Shown one piece after another: positions 11,882-24,059 of a stretch of 64,000 nucleotides of DNA. The first letter of the stretch is position 1. The number at the start of each line of letters is the position of its first letter. Under the pieces are notes generated by a model. It did not search any database, was not told the DNA's origin, and saw only the letters and a list, made by a program, of their open reading frames with translations. The position numbers and the translations under genes were made by a program. Origin of the DNA: Rhizophagus irregularis (lineage: Eukaryota); contig NC_089435.1 in the NCBI RefSeq assembly GCF_026210795.1, positions 1,674,001 through 1,738,000 of the forward strand, read 5' to 3'.

Positions 11882-14627
11882 TATTTATTTATTTTATTAC
11901 TAAAAGAGTGTTAAAACCCAGGCTATTACAAATAGAAGAAAAAAGAGTTCGGAAATACTTAAAACTAATATATGTGTATAGACCTTTGTTCGTCATCCCC
12001 TACGGGACCCCACTCTTCGATCTGTACTATTTGATAAAGTAGGACTACGCTAAAAAATCAAATGGCAACAATCAAAAAAGCTAATCTAAAAAAAAAGAAA
12101 AGTTAGTTGATCCGTATTTTTCTTTTGGCCTAAGCCACCACCTGTAAATACTGTCATAGGTGGAATGGTATACCCTATTCTTATTGTATATACTATCATT
12201 GTAAATTTAAAAACATAAAAAAGAAAATAAGAAATAGACAACATCTATATATAAAAATGATTCCAAAATAATGAAACACTAATCTATGAATTCAGATATA
12301 AGAACAATAATAAAATTATTTAGACGGTCCCGCCTGCTCGGAATCAAGAGCTAAAAAAGTATCTAGGCGAGAGCGTTTATGGATGCCGTGGGAACTCGAG
12401 TTATTATCAAAGGTGCGATCTTTACGTATTGAAGGACGGTATTCAATTTCTTTGGTGTCATCAGACGTGTATGGGTTGGTAGGAAGTATATTATCCTTAT
12501 AATCGAACCTTGATCGTGTGGTATCACACATTAAGCTAAGAGGAGATGATACGCCAGGGTAGTTAATGAGAAAAGAATCTATTTCCGATTGTAAGAGTTT
12601 CTTCTTTTTCTTTTTCTTTTTGTTTGAAGAGGTAGGACGTTCGGCATTCATCATACAATTATGATAAGAATTGCTCCACCTGGTTAAATCAGATGCCTGA
12701 CGTTGTCGATATTTAACGTGTTTAGGACTAGTGCCGTGGTATATGGCTAAATCATGAATCCTAATATCTTCTTGTCTTATGAGATCGGTTATATTCTTTG
12801 AACGTTCTTCGAGACACTGTTGATAACGAACTCTAGAAGCCTCACCCTCGGCAGTAAGTTCATCAATGTAAGCGGTAAATTTAGCATCATCTGCTTTTCT
12901 AAGGCGTTCATCACGGGTATCTAAGTCCAATTGATACATATAAGTAAACCATTCCCTAGACCCAGGGATAATAAAAGAACCAGAATTATCGTAAATAGGA
13001 TCGGGCGGTATTATATCCTGATATTTAAGAGAAAAAACCATGTCCGGAAAAGGATTATAAGGAGCGACCGTATATAATATTTCATCGTTAGAGACTGAAG
13101 CTGAAGTCACAGCTGTGGCAAGGGAAGTATTATATGTAGCCATAGGTCAGCGAGTCGTATTCGTATTAATACCAAAATAATGAGGAATAGTAAAATTATA
13201 ATCCTTTTGTTTGGGGATATCAACAGTTTTCTTATAACATAAGTGTCTGAGACGAGTCGTGAATTTTTGAGATGGTAAGAAAAGGAATCATCCTTTTTTA
13301 GCCGCGGCCAGTTTCGTTGATGTACTGGAGACAGCGCCTGGTTTAATAACTTCTCGTGATAAGATACGATGACAAGAGCGTTCGAATCTAATTTGCTGCT
13401 TTTTAGCTGTCCTCGGATTAGGACTTGGAGATAGTTGGAAGTTATTCATAAGTTTGTGATAAATGTGAGTACGTCCAGGTCTGAGTTTACGATTTGAATT
13501 GCAGACAATATATCTTGAGTTATAAGAAATGCCCGTTCTTAAGGAGAATATCGATTTCAATTCTTTTTTTATCCATCGGTCAAATGTCAAATTAGCGTGG
13601 AACTGTTTGTCATGTCATTGATTTTTAGGTGTAAAATCACCATGTTCATTTCGTACAAAAGCTATTGCAGCTGGGTATTTGTGAAAAAAATGTAAGCCAC
13701 ATCCATGCCTATTATTAGACATTACTATAGGACAAGGAACCTCACAAAGTCGAGGTGGAATAGGTAAGCCTTTTGCCTCAATCTTATGGTCGCAAGGGAT
13801 AAAGATGCCAAAATGAAATCTATATCTTTTGTACGAGAAATTAAAAAAAGTTTTTGTAGTTGTATTCTTATTGATGATCTTACTCTCACGTGACTTGATT
13901 AATGTGATTCTATCTAATAATTTTTGGCGTATCATATTAAAATATTTTTTTTGAATACGACGTGGAATAACTTTTTGTGAGGAAAAAAAATGCTGAAGGC
14001 CTTTGCTAATTTGATATTTGGCGTTCGGTAGTGCACTTGTGGAATGATACTTAATAGGGGTAGTTGACATGAGATAATCATTTGTGTGTATCCGTAAATG
14101 AAGTTGATTGGTGTCCAAATGGTGATCAACAATCTCAAAAAAGAAACTTTTTGAACGTCTAAATTCGTAAATCTTGTTATAACCGGCTTTGTGTATTCTG
14201 GTCACGTGAAATTTCTTGAAAGAAATGAGAAAAGAATTATCGACATTAGGTGGGGTCGTCGTTGAAGAAATGGAAGATATAGAAGAAAAATCTTTTATTG
14301 GATAACCATCATTATTATTATTTAGAGAAGTGTGAGAGTCAACGTCCGGAATTGGATAAAGAGAATTATCATGTGAAAATGAAGGGTCGTCGATGCGAAT
14401 AAACGAGTGTGTTGATGAAGATGAAGACCAGTCTATTACTATAGAGTTTGAAGAAGTCATATTCCCTTGGGTGTGGGTAAAATACTAACTAAAAACCTCG
14501 TATTCAACCAGAGGCGCCCTCTTGGGCCTCTTCCCCTTTAGCGTTTCAAGTCGAAACTGAGAAAAAATTAACTAGCGCAAAAATACTGCGGAAAACTAAC
14601 AAAAATAAAAAAAGGGGAAAGAGTTTT
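11882..14627 (-). mobile_element. Non-autonomous non-LTR retroposon (no RT) carrying one long ORF
   Basis: Perfect 16-bp TSD TTATATCATAGACAAT (11866-11881 and 14628-14643), a (TAAA)n-type 3' tail and a 5' end AAAACTCTTTCCCCTTT. Confidence 0.8.
12316..14460 (-). pseudogene. 714-codon ORF of unknown function, interrupted by three in-frame TGA codons
   Basis: Track ORFs 13615-14460, 13288-13590 and 12316-13143 share one frame. The linkers are open except for TGA at 13615-13617, 13288-13290 and 13147-13149. Homologous to the split ORF at 48994-55289. Confidence 0.75.
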
Positions 14628-15018
14628 TTATATCATAGACAATAACAGATAAATGTATTTTTAATACGTGGTTCGGAATAAGTCACATGACTTTCATGTA
14701 GTTGCAAATTTCCCTCTCAGAAGTCACTTTTTTTGGAACTAAGAACCTATAAGTTTGGGTTAGATTCATTATTAATGAGGAAACAAACAAATAAATCAAT
14801 TGATCTAATCTTATCTAATCAATAATCTGTCAATGAATAAAGTTTCAATAGTTCGTTAATCGAGATTACGATAAATAAATTTAATAATATATTTATTGAT
14901 ATAAAAGCTAATTTAATACATTTGTTAGTAAATAAAAAAATATGTATAATAACAAATAAAACATATATTTCAGAATATAATTTACTTTATAACTCATAAA
15001 AAAAATAAAATATTACTT

Positions 15019-17040
15019 TCAAGGATAAATTTTACCAAGTTTTTTAATACAAATACCGTAAGGTCTAATATCATCACTTTGTGGACTAATCCAATATTCG
15101 CCAATACTAGTGTTAATTTTATTTAAAGTTTGAGGATTTACTCTATTTTGAAATACAAGACAATAAACTTCGTTATTATGAATAAATTTATTAGCAAATA
15201 AAGCCGCAACATTGATATCAGGAGTAGAATAAATTCCATATCCAAATTTAAATCTTTTTCCCTTTGTAATATCAAAACCAGTTTCAGCAATTGATCTTGC
15301 ATTAAATTTATCTGTTCCATGATAAGAAACAGGCCATTCGTTTGGGTCTGATTCATAACGCCAAGATCCTTTTTTAGCTGCTTTACCTAACCAAGCATTA
15401 TCTCCATATTTATTTAATACTTTAACGGCAATTCGTTTCCAACCGCACGGTCTGCGATATTCGTACGATCCTCTCATAAATTTTATATCATCAACAATAT
15501 TCGTAAAATCACAATCATACATTGGATCAAGGAAATCTGAATCAATAAAATTAATAACTTCATTATTTTGGCCAATCAAATTAATCATTGCATTATTATT
15601 TAATATATTATAATCTAATAATGTTAGATTATCTTTTAATAAAATTCCCGAATAAATCAATCGTTGTTGATTTGATGGAATTCTAGTTTTACTTTCAATA
15701 TGAAATTTTATGACAGAAATTTTTGCGATAATTGGAACATTTTTAATTGGAATTATTTGTCCATTTAACGTGCAAATTCTAATGACTATCATGGTCGGTT
15801 TTTGAGAAATTTGATTAGAATTTTGCTGAATTTGTTTAGAAATTTGTGACTGTTGTGAATGCTGCGATTGAATTTGTTGAGAAAGTTGCGATTGTTGCGA
15901 TTGAATTTGTTGAGAAAGTTGCGATTGTTGCGATTGAATTTGAGAAAATTGCGATTGTTGCGATTGTTGCGAGTGAATTTGTTGAGGAAATTGCGATTGT
16001 TGCGAGTGAATTTGTTGAGAAAATTGCGATTGTTGCGAGTGAATTTGTTGAGGAAATTGCGATTGTTGCGAGTGAATTTGTTGAGGAAATTGCGATTGTT
16101 GCGATTGAATTTGTTGAGGAAATTGCGATTGTTGCGATTGAATTTGTTGAGAAAATTGCGATTGTTGCGATTGAATTTGTTGAGAAAGTTGCGATTGTTG
16201 CGATTGAATTTGTTGAGGAAATTGCGATTGTTGCGATTGAATTTGTTGAGAAAATTGCGATTGTTGCGATTGTTGCGATTGAATTTGTTGAGAAAATTGC
16301 GATTGTTGCGATTGTTGCGACTGAATTTGTTGAGAAAATTGCGATTGTTGCGATTGTTGCGATTGAATTTGTTGAGAAAATTGCGATTGTTGCGATTGTT
16401 GCGATTGAATTTGTTGAGAAAGTTGCGATTGTTGCGATTGTTGCGATTGTTGCGATTGTTGCGAGTGAAGCGCTTGCAATTGTTGAGATTGAATTTGTTG
16501 AGGAAATTGCATCTGAATTTGAGACAATTGCGATTGAATTTGTTGAGGAATGTGCGATTGAGCTAGTTGAAAAACTTGAAATTTTTGGGCAATATGCTGT
16601 TGAAAAGGGAAAATTTGTTGAGAAATTTGTTGAGGAAGTTGAGTAATTTGTTGCTGTAAAGAAGACATCATAAAATTATTCGGGTTTACAATAAAACACT
16701 GCGTATTATTTGCAGAACAAAAATGAGAAGATTCTTGAGTAGAAAAAGAGGTATCAGAAGCAAATTGGGAATCGGAACAATCAATATCATGTTGATTGAT
16801 ATTTTCGTTTCCTTGCGAAGAATAATGAGGATCAAGATCATCATTATTATTTTGTACTTCCCCACCAGCTAAATAAGAACTATGGAGTGATACTGGATTA
16901 ATGTTTTGATAAGTAGCGTTATTTATCCCATTGTGTATTTGATTCAAATACTCTGATTGTGATATAATGGATAAACCGGTCAATGATTTGAGGGCTGCAG
17001 CAACAAGTGATGAATTTGAATTATCAAAATTGTATGCCAT
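15019..17040 (-). CDS. Gln-rich repeat + ubiquitin-like domain + PARP/ART-like (NEURL4-C/Gig2-type) domain protein, about 673 aa
   Basis: Ubl segment IVIRICTLNGQII...IPSNQQRLIYSGILLKDNLTLLDYNI; ART-like motifs WPVSYHGT, GIYSTP, GEYW and IRPYGICIK. First ATG at 17040 (MAYNF). Confidence 0.8.
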   Translation of the reverse strand: MAYNFDNSNSSLVAAALKSLTGLSIISQSEYLNQIHNGINNATYQNINPVSLHSSYLAGGEVQNNNDDLDPHYSSQGNENINQHDIDCSDSQFASDTSFSTQESSHFCSANNTQCFIVNPNNFMMSSLQQQITQLPQQISQQIFPFQQHIAQKFQVFQLAQSHIPQQIQSQLSQIQMQFPQQIQSQQLQALHSQQSQQSQQSQQSQLSQQIQSQQSQQSQFSQQIQSQQSQQSQFSQQIQSQQSQQSQFSQQIQSQQSQQSQFSQQIQSQQSQFPQQIQSQQSQLSQQIQSQQSQFSQQIQSQQSQFPQQIQSQQSQFPQQIHSQQSQFPQQIHSQQSQFSQQIHSQQSQFPQQIHSQQSQQSQFSQIQSQQSQLSQQIQSQQSQLSQQIQSQHSQQSQISKQIQQNSNQISQKPTMIVIRICTLNGQIIPIKNVPIIAKISVIKFHIESKTRIPSNQQRLIYSGILLKDNLTLLDYNILNNNAMINLIGQNNEVINFIDSDFLDPMYDCDFTNIVDDIKFMRGSYEYRRPCGWKRIAVKVLNKYGDNAWLGKAAKKGSWRYESDPNEWPVSYHGTDKFNARSIAETGFDITKGKRFKFGYGIYSTPDINVAALFANKFIHNNEVYCLVFQNRVNPQTLNKINTSIGEYWISPQSDDIRPYGICIKKLGKIYP
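15846..16560 (-). repeat. Coding minisatellite encoding (SQQ)n SQF[S/P]QQI[Q/H] units
   Basis: Units of 33-42 bp built from 9-bp TCGCAACAA subunits. Confidence 0.9.
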
Positions 17041-18837
17041 CTTTGATATATTTTTCTTTAAAAAAGAAAAATATATCAAAGATGGCATACAGAGTTTATA
17101 TAAAAATTTTCCCCCATTCAACATTCAAATATTACTTAATTTAGAAAACTCAATGAAGGTGATCATTTTCATTAGAATTAAATTTTTAATTTATTAACAT
17201 AAAAATTTATTAAATTTTTATAAAAAAAATTCTTGACTTTTCGTCCAAACGGCACACCGTAGTCTTATATACATTGTAATGTGCTTAAAATAACCATATA
17301 TCATATATCTATTATATAATATAAAACATATATATTAGAAACTATTATAAAAGTGATATCCTCGATTTTATCAGTTTGGAAATTAAAACAATGCGGTACA
17401 AGCGGTAGTTCTTTCAAGGATTTCCAAATTAAGAAGTTCATTCAAAGTGGGATTGGATTAGAACTGCAAAAACACAAAGAAAAAAAAAATTAACGTTTAT
17501 TAAACTAAACATAGAAAATAGATTTTTTTGGTTAGATCTATTAATTTCAAATGAAGTAATATACAGTAATATTGTTTGTTAATAAATCTGTATATCTGCT
17601 ATTCATGCAGGAGTTCATTTAAAAAAAAACGGTTAAAAAATTATTTATTATTAAAAAAATGTTGTGTTACAAATAATCTGTTGATACTTTTGAATAATTT
17701 CTTTCAAATTGGCGATACATTGTAAAGCTTCCTTTTAGATAGTGTTTCAAAGAGTCATATTTTCTTTGAATTCATTTGATGGCAGATTATCTATTATATT
17801 TCAAACGGACTAAAAGTCAAACAAAACTACGATTACAATAAAATAAAGTAACAATCAAAGTATTAAGCACTCGGAGCGAAAGTTGTGAAAGAACCGATTT
17901 TCAACTCCGGTGACTCCGATTCACTGATATTCTCTGAAGCAATAATAATAAAAATTATAATTTCCGCAAAAATAAGTTTGAAGTATTCTCAGCAGGATAG
18001 CCAAAATAACGATATTTGAAGCTTAAACAATGAATAGATCCAGCTTATAAGAGTTCAATACTATATTTGCACTCCATAAGTGCATACCTCTCTAAGTGTA
18101 CACTTCCGCTATTTTTTTACTAAATGGTTTTGCAGACAAATTTGACTGCAATTTTTTAAAAAAAAATAAATAATTATTGAGGAATTTTCTCAATATTGAT
18201 CAGTTTCGCCAGCCATCAGATTAATTTATTACATTTATTTTTTATCATTAAAGACTTTAAAATTCTAATAATCAAAAAGATTTCTAATTTTTATTTTCTT
18301 GTAAGCTCTATTTAAAGTCGTCAAAATTCCACTTCTAGATCCAAAAAAATTACCATATTGAAGCTACAAATTTTCTTAAAATACTCAACAAAATCACCGC
18401 CAAAGATGAAGAATATTCAAAGAAATACATTTTTAGAAGTAAAAATTTTGACTAATATTTTTCAATATCTGGTTAAAAAACGAAGGTCATCATTATGTGT
18501 ATATATAAGTTGGTTTAGCTATTCAAAATTTTTTTTAAAAATTCTTTGATTCTTGATTCTGATTATTGAAAGTAAGCGAGAATTTATAATATAAGTTTCA
18601 TAAATTTTATTTAATACATTATTCGATACTAAATATACTAAATCCACCAAAATAAACTCGCTTTTTAACTATAACTAAAAAAATTTTTTTTTTTTTATAA
18701 AAAAAATTAATAAAAAAAAAATAATGTTTTATGAAATTAATTACATAATATTTAAATCTTATAATTACATATAAAATTTTGTGCATCACTTCTAAACTAA
18801 CTATATACATAGTTTTTACCAATTAACAGTTTCAAGC

Positions 18838-21800
18838 TTATCTACGTCTCACCCACTTTTTCTTCTCCTTAGGATCTTTAGCAGGCGCATTTGCTGCTTC
18901 ACGAGCAGCATTACGGGTGATTCGTTTCGTTGGAGGCTTTGGATAGCGTCTCCTATCATTAATTGGACGAGATCTTCGAGGAGCGATCGAATCCTCATCT
19001 GTAGAACTACTACTACTACTACTGAGTGACCCTTTACGAATTTCCTTCCTAAATTTCTTCCGTGAAGATGCAGCTATGGCCGCTTCTCTTTCTCGTTGAC
19101 GTTCTCGGGATCTTTTCTTGTTGATTGCGTCTTTAGAAATAGTAACTTCTTTCTTGCTTTTATTTTTTTTAACTGTTATTTGAATAGTTTCTGACTCAGA
19201 TGATGATGTCGATGACGTTGCAGATGAAATTTCTTTCCTCTTAGCTTTTGTTCTTGCCGACGATGAGGATATTTCTTCCTCCTCGGACGAGGAAGAGGAA
19301 GAATTGCTCGATGATGAACTTTGCGATTGCTCTTTTTCTTGTTCATCTTGAGGTTCTTCTATAGTTAAAGATGTAGTATTTTTCTCTTTTGTTATAATCA
19401 TTTCGCTAGTGGGGTTTTCACTCAAATCTTCTTGCAGGTTCGTTCTCACTGAATTTTCAGGGCTCACAGTATTATTATCTGCATCAGGGTTCTTTGATTG
19501 ATTGTTAATATCCGAATTCATTTGTTTCTCCGGATTTGTAGACGTAGTATGCAGGGGTTCATCCAATGGTGCACTGAACGTAGATCGAAATGGTAAGACA
19601 GGTGGCGCAAACCACTTTCTTGGTGGAGCTGTCGCGGGCTTTGAATAATCAGGATATGAAATCGTTGGTTCTGGTGGTGGTAACACTATATTGTTTCTTC
19701 GTGTCGCTGTAGTGACTAAAGGTGACATTGGAATCGTTGACTGATTAGGAGCCGTTGACTGATGGGGAATCGTAGACTGCATAGGAATCGTCGGACCACC
19801 TGTCGACTGAATGGAATTCATTGAACACGTCGACTTATTGGAGAACATTGTATTTGTCGATTGAATGGGAAACATTTGGCTGTTCTGTTGAATAGGATAC
19901 GTTTGATTTGTTTGCTGAATGGGAAACATTTGATTTGTCTGCTGAGTGGAAAACATTCGACTTGTCGGCTGAATGGTAATCATTGGACCTGTCTGTTGAA
20001 TAGGATACATTGAGCCTGCCTGCTGAATAGGATACATTGAGCCTGCCTGCTGAATAGGATACATTGAACCCGCCTGCTGAATAGGAATCATTGAGTCCGC
20101 CTGCTGAATAGGATTGCACAGTTGACCTACTTGTGGACTTGTCTGTTGAATGTTCGGCCTAATCATTACTGGACTTTTTGGCTGAATAGGAATTGTATTC
20201 GTCGACTGAATTTTAATTCGAGCCGGAATGTACCATGCGTAAGCTTTTTTTGATGAAGATGAAGGAGGAGTTGATCTTACATCTTTAATAGAAGATGTTG
20301 ATTGTGTAACTGATGCTACAACGGGAATCATTGAGCCCGCCTGCTGAATAGGATTGCACGGTTGACCTACTTGTGGACTTGTCTGTTGAATATTCGGCCT
20401 AATCTTTACTGGACTTTTTGGCCGAATAGGAATTGTATTCGTCGACCGAATTTTAATTCGAGCCGGAATGTACCATGCGTAAGCTTTTTTTGATGAAGAT
20501 GAAGGAGGAGTTGATCTTACATCTTTAATAGAAGATGTTGATTGTGCAACTGATGCTACAACTTTAGCAGCAGATGATTCAGATGATTGTGTAGCTAATG
20601 TTATATCTTTAGAAGTAGACGATGATTCCAGTGATTGTGTAGCTGATGTTGCACCTGTAGAAGATGATGATTGTGTATCCGGTGTGTTTTTTGAAGATGA
20701 AGAAGTTGATTCCAATGATCGTGTAGCTGATGTTGTTGCATTCGACAATTCTATTGATGGTGTAGTTGATGTTCCATCTTTAGCAGAAGATGATGATTCC
20801 GATGATTGTTTAGGCGATGTTACATTTACTAAATTAGAAGATACTGACACTACATTTGAAGCAGGTGATGATGAATCCAATGGTTGTGCAGCTGATTTCT
20901 CTTTTGATGACGAAGACGATGATGATTTTGCTGAAAGTGATGGAGCGATTGACTGAACATTTGTAGATGTTGATGGAGTAGTCGTTGGTGGATTATTTGA
21001 TGGAACATCTGGTGGAATAATAATTGATAAAACAGTATTAATAGTTGATGGAATAGCTGATGAAGTAGTAATTAATAATGATGAAGTAGTAGTTGCAGTT
21101 TTTGATATAACAGTTGATGGAGCAGTTAATGAAATATTTGGTGATGGAGCAATTGATGAAGTAGTAGCTAATGATGATGGAGTATTTATAACCAACGTTG
21201 AATTATCAATTGGTCGTGGCATTTTCGGTATTTTCGCCAAGCTACGCTCACTTGCTGCATTATACGGGCGAGCATTATCCCTTGCCTGAAGTTGACTCTT
21301 AAACTCTGTTTGTCTTGCCTTCATATGGATTGGATATATCGGAATAGGCCGATATAATGGAGGATTTTCACCAAACACGCCCAACTCCTTTATTGTTGGC
21401 AAGCTAATACCTAAAGTACCTGTAATACTTGGAGAATAATCCGATTTCTGATGTTCATTTCCTAAAAAAGGTAAATATATTAAAGACATCTTTCTATAAA
21501 ATGGCTTTCTTAAGCGAAACACACATGCACTTAAAATTTCTTACCTTGCTGCTGCTGCTGTTGATGTTGATGTGGTGGTGATGGTGGTTGTTGTAGTTGT
21601 GGATATGGTAATTGTGGTTGTGGTCCTTTACCTTTCTTATCTTTATCATTAACAAATGAATTTGGAAGCATATGACTAAATTGCGATCTTTGCTTAAGAA
21701 TAACGGGTCTATTGGTTTGTTTTTTATTAGATTGACGTTTTGGACGGTTCCCAACAAATCTGACAACGTTGATAATATTGCTAACATTGCTAATTTTGCT

Positions 21801-22769
21801 AATACTGGTAACATTGTTCTCATTATAATTGCTATATTTATGAATATCGGCAAAAATATTGCAACTAATGTCGTTAGCATTATAACCATTATTAACATAG
21901 CTGACAGAATTACTAATATTGGCAGGCTTACTAACACTGGCAACATTGGCGGCATCACTAATATCGACGGTATCACTAACATTGACATCATCGTTAACAT
22001 TGGTATTATCGCTAACTTCAGCAACATCGTTAATTTCGGCATCACCGTTAGCTTCAACATCACCGTTAGCTTCAACATCATCGTTAACGTCGACTTCATC
22101 ATTAACTTTGAAATTACCTTTGACATTATCGATATCATCATTAACTTCGATATCATCGTTAATTTCGGCATCATCGTTAATTTCGGCATCATCGTTAATT
22201 TCAACATCATCATCATCGTTAATTTCTATATCATCATCGTTAATTTTTATATCATCATCGTTAATTTCTATATCATCATCGTTAATTTCTATATCATCAT
22301 CGTTAATTTCTACATTATCTTTAAAATCGCTACATGAGTCATCTCTTGCACCACCATCAATTCCTCTTAAATTAACCATAAATTTAGCAAGTTCTAATTC
22401 TAAATCTTCAGATTTTCTTTGTTCAGGACCTGTTAATCTGGAACTTTCAGAACTTTTTGATTGTTCTAAACCAGAAGAAAAACCGGTACTAGAATGATGA
22501 GCGGGAGTGGAAGTAAATTGAATATTAGGTAAGCTTCTAGTTTCAGAAGGAGAAGAGACAGTTGAAATAATAGGGGGAGGATAAATGTAACCAACGTTAT
22601 GAGGATATGGTAAATAATCAAAAGAATTTAAATGGTAAATATTTGAATAAGGATATCTATTAGGCACATTAGGCATAATGGGAGTAAAAGCAGAATTTCT
22701 CTCATAACCATTAAGGTGCCTTAATTCTTCTTGTATTTGAGGGTCTTTATTATTATATACAGATTCCAT
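18838..22769 (-). CDS. Large low-complexity protein (about 1280 aa), downstream part of a Zn2Cys6 transcription-factor-like gene; intron 21462-21544
   Basis: A GTAAGA donor at 21544 and TTTTAG acceptor at 21462 join ORFs 21531-22769 and 18838-21522 in frame (QQ-G-NEHQK). Contains DDDIEIN repeats, S/T-rich tracts and a basic C-terminus. Confidence 0.7.
20083..20562. repeat. 240-bp in-frame tandem duplication (2 copies) within the CDS
   Basis: The block VAS..QSTSSIKDVRSTPP...CNPIQQA occurs twice with a 240-bp period. Confidence 0.9.
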
Positions 22770-22779
22770 ACGACTAGTT

Positions 22780-22963
22780 CGACTTCTTTATTACTTCTTG
22801 TCCAGGTGGTGGACCTCTTTTTTTTCACCTGGTTTACCAGGTTCACATTTTTATACAATATTTACAAGGAGTTTCGCCGGAACACTTAATCTCTCGTCTT
22901 TGACAATTTTGGCATGCGGTTGTAACTTTAAGTCGATAGTTATTATTATTCTTTTTTAGTCAT
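22780..22963 (-). pseudogene. Frameshifted fungal Zn(II)2Cys6 DNA-binding domain
   Basis: Reads RLKVTTACQNCQRREIKCSGETPCKYCIK, then a frameshift to CEPGKPG..KRGPPPG. The ATG at 22963 is out of frame across an A-run. Confidence 0.75.
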
Positions 22964-24059
22964 ATTATAAATGTTTTGGTGAAGCGTATATATATATATT
23001 TATTTATTTAAGCTAAGTAATATTCTATGTTTGTTTGTTTGTTTTCTTTTTTTTGGTTTTTTTTTTATTTCAAAGAAGAAAGATATGTGAAAAGAGGTTT
23101 CCAACAGAAACCGTTTGTAACAGTAACAAAGATTACCTGTTGGAGAACTTTCGCACTTTCCTAAAATTTAAAAAAAAAAGATGGAAAGGAAAAAAAAATC
23201 ATTTAAGAGCGGAAAAATCTCGGACTTGCTCGGAAAAATCTTCTTATGCCAATATCGATAATATATAGTACAATCCTGGTTCAGTTCAAGCGCGTGCATA
23301 GCAGAAAGTCAATACGCCTTATATATCCTTGCACTACACTCTAAGGGGAAATCTGATTAGCGAAAGAGGGATACGAAAGAAACACAACATCAGAAAATCG
23401 TGTTTATTACTAACCATCATGCAGATAATAACGGTGTCTTCATTTTTTTTTTAATTCGTGCATAAACCTGATGTAGACATGTGTACATACATAAACATAT
23501 ATATAGTACTATTGTAGATTTTCTCCCGATCCTGATGCAGATATATTTTTTATTCACGCACAAATCAGTATGTATTATTTGCTATTGTATTTGTTGTGTT
23601 TGTCTTTTATCAATTTTAAAGAATCGTTGCAAAGTATTCCACAATCTTCGACATGGCACAAAAATTTTCGAGAAAGGATAATACATAGTAACATTTTTTC
23701 AGTTTGCAATATGAGTTGGCAATAAGGACAAGCAACAAGGGAGCGAGTTATTATTTTTATTATTTCAGCAGCAATGGTATTACAACACCACCATAATGTC
23801 GAGACTTTCTGGGTGCATTTATCAACAAACTACCATATGTTCATATATTAACCATGGAAAACGGATTTGTTTTTATATCAATGTGCCTAGAATATATATA
23901 GGACTTGGATTTAGGAGCTGTTTCTTCGGTGGCTACTTTATTAATGACAAGGAGAGGATTATCGTTCTATAATCCTCTAGTATCTGCTTTTACTTTCTTA
24001 TACGGTCAAAATTTTTTTTTATCGTTCTTTTGTTCTTTTGAAGAAATTGGATTAATATA

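Noticed and set aside
12316..14460. TGA=Trp or selenocysteine recoding of the retroposon ORF
   Set aside because: TGG is used for Trp in the same ORF, the homolog at 54051-55289 has no internal TGA, and CpG decay is a simpler explanation.
15846..16646. Plus-strand ORFs of 266 and 235 aa
   Set aside because: Antisense shadows of the Gln-rich coding repeat.
21494..22497. Overlapping ORFs of 240, 221 and 192 aa
   Set aside because: Alternative-frame and antisense shadows of the DDDIEIN repeat.
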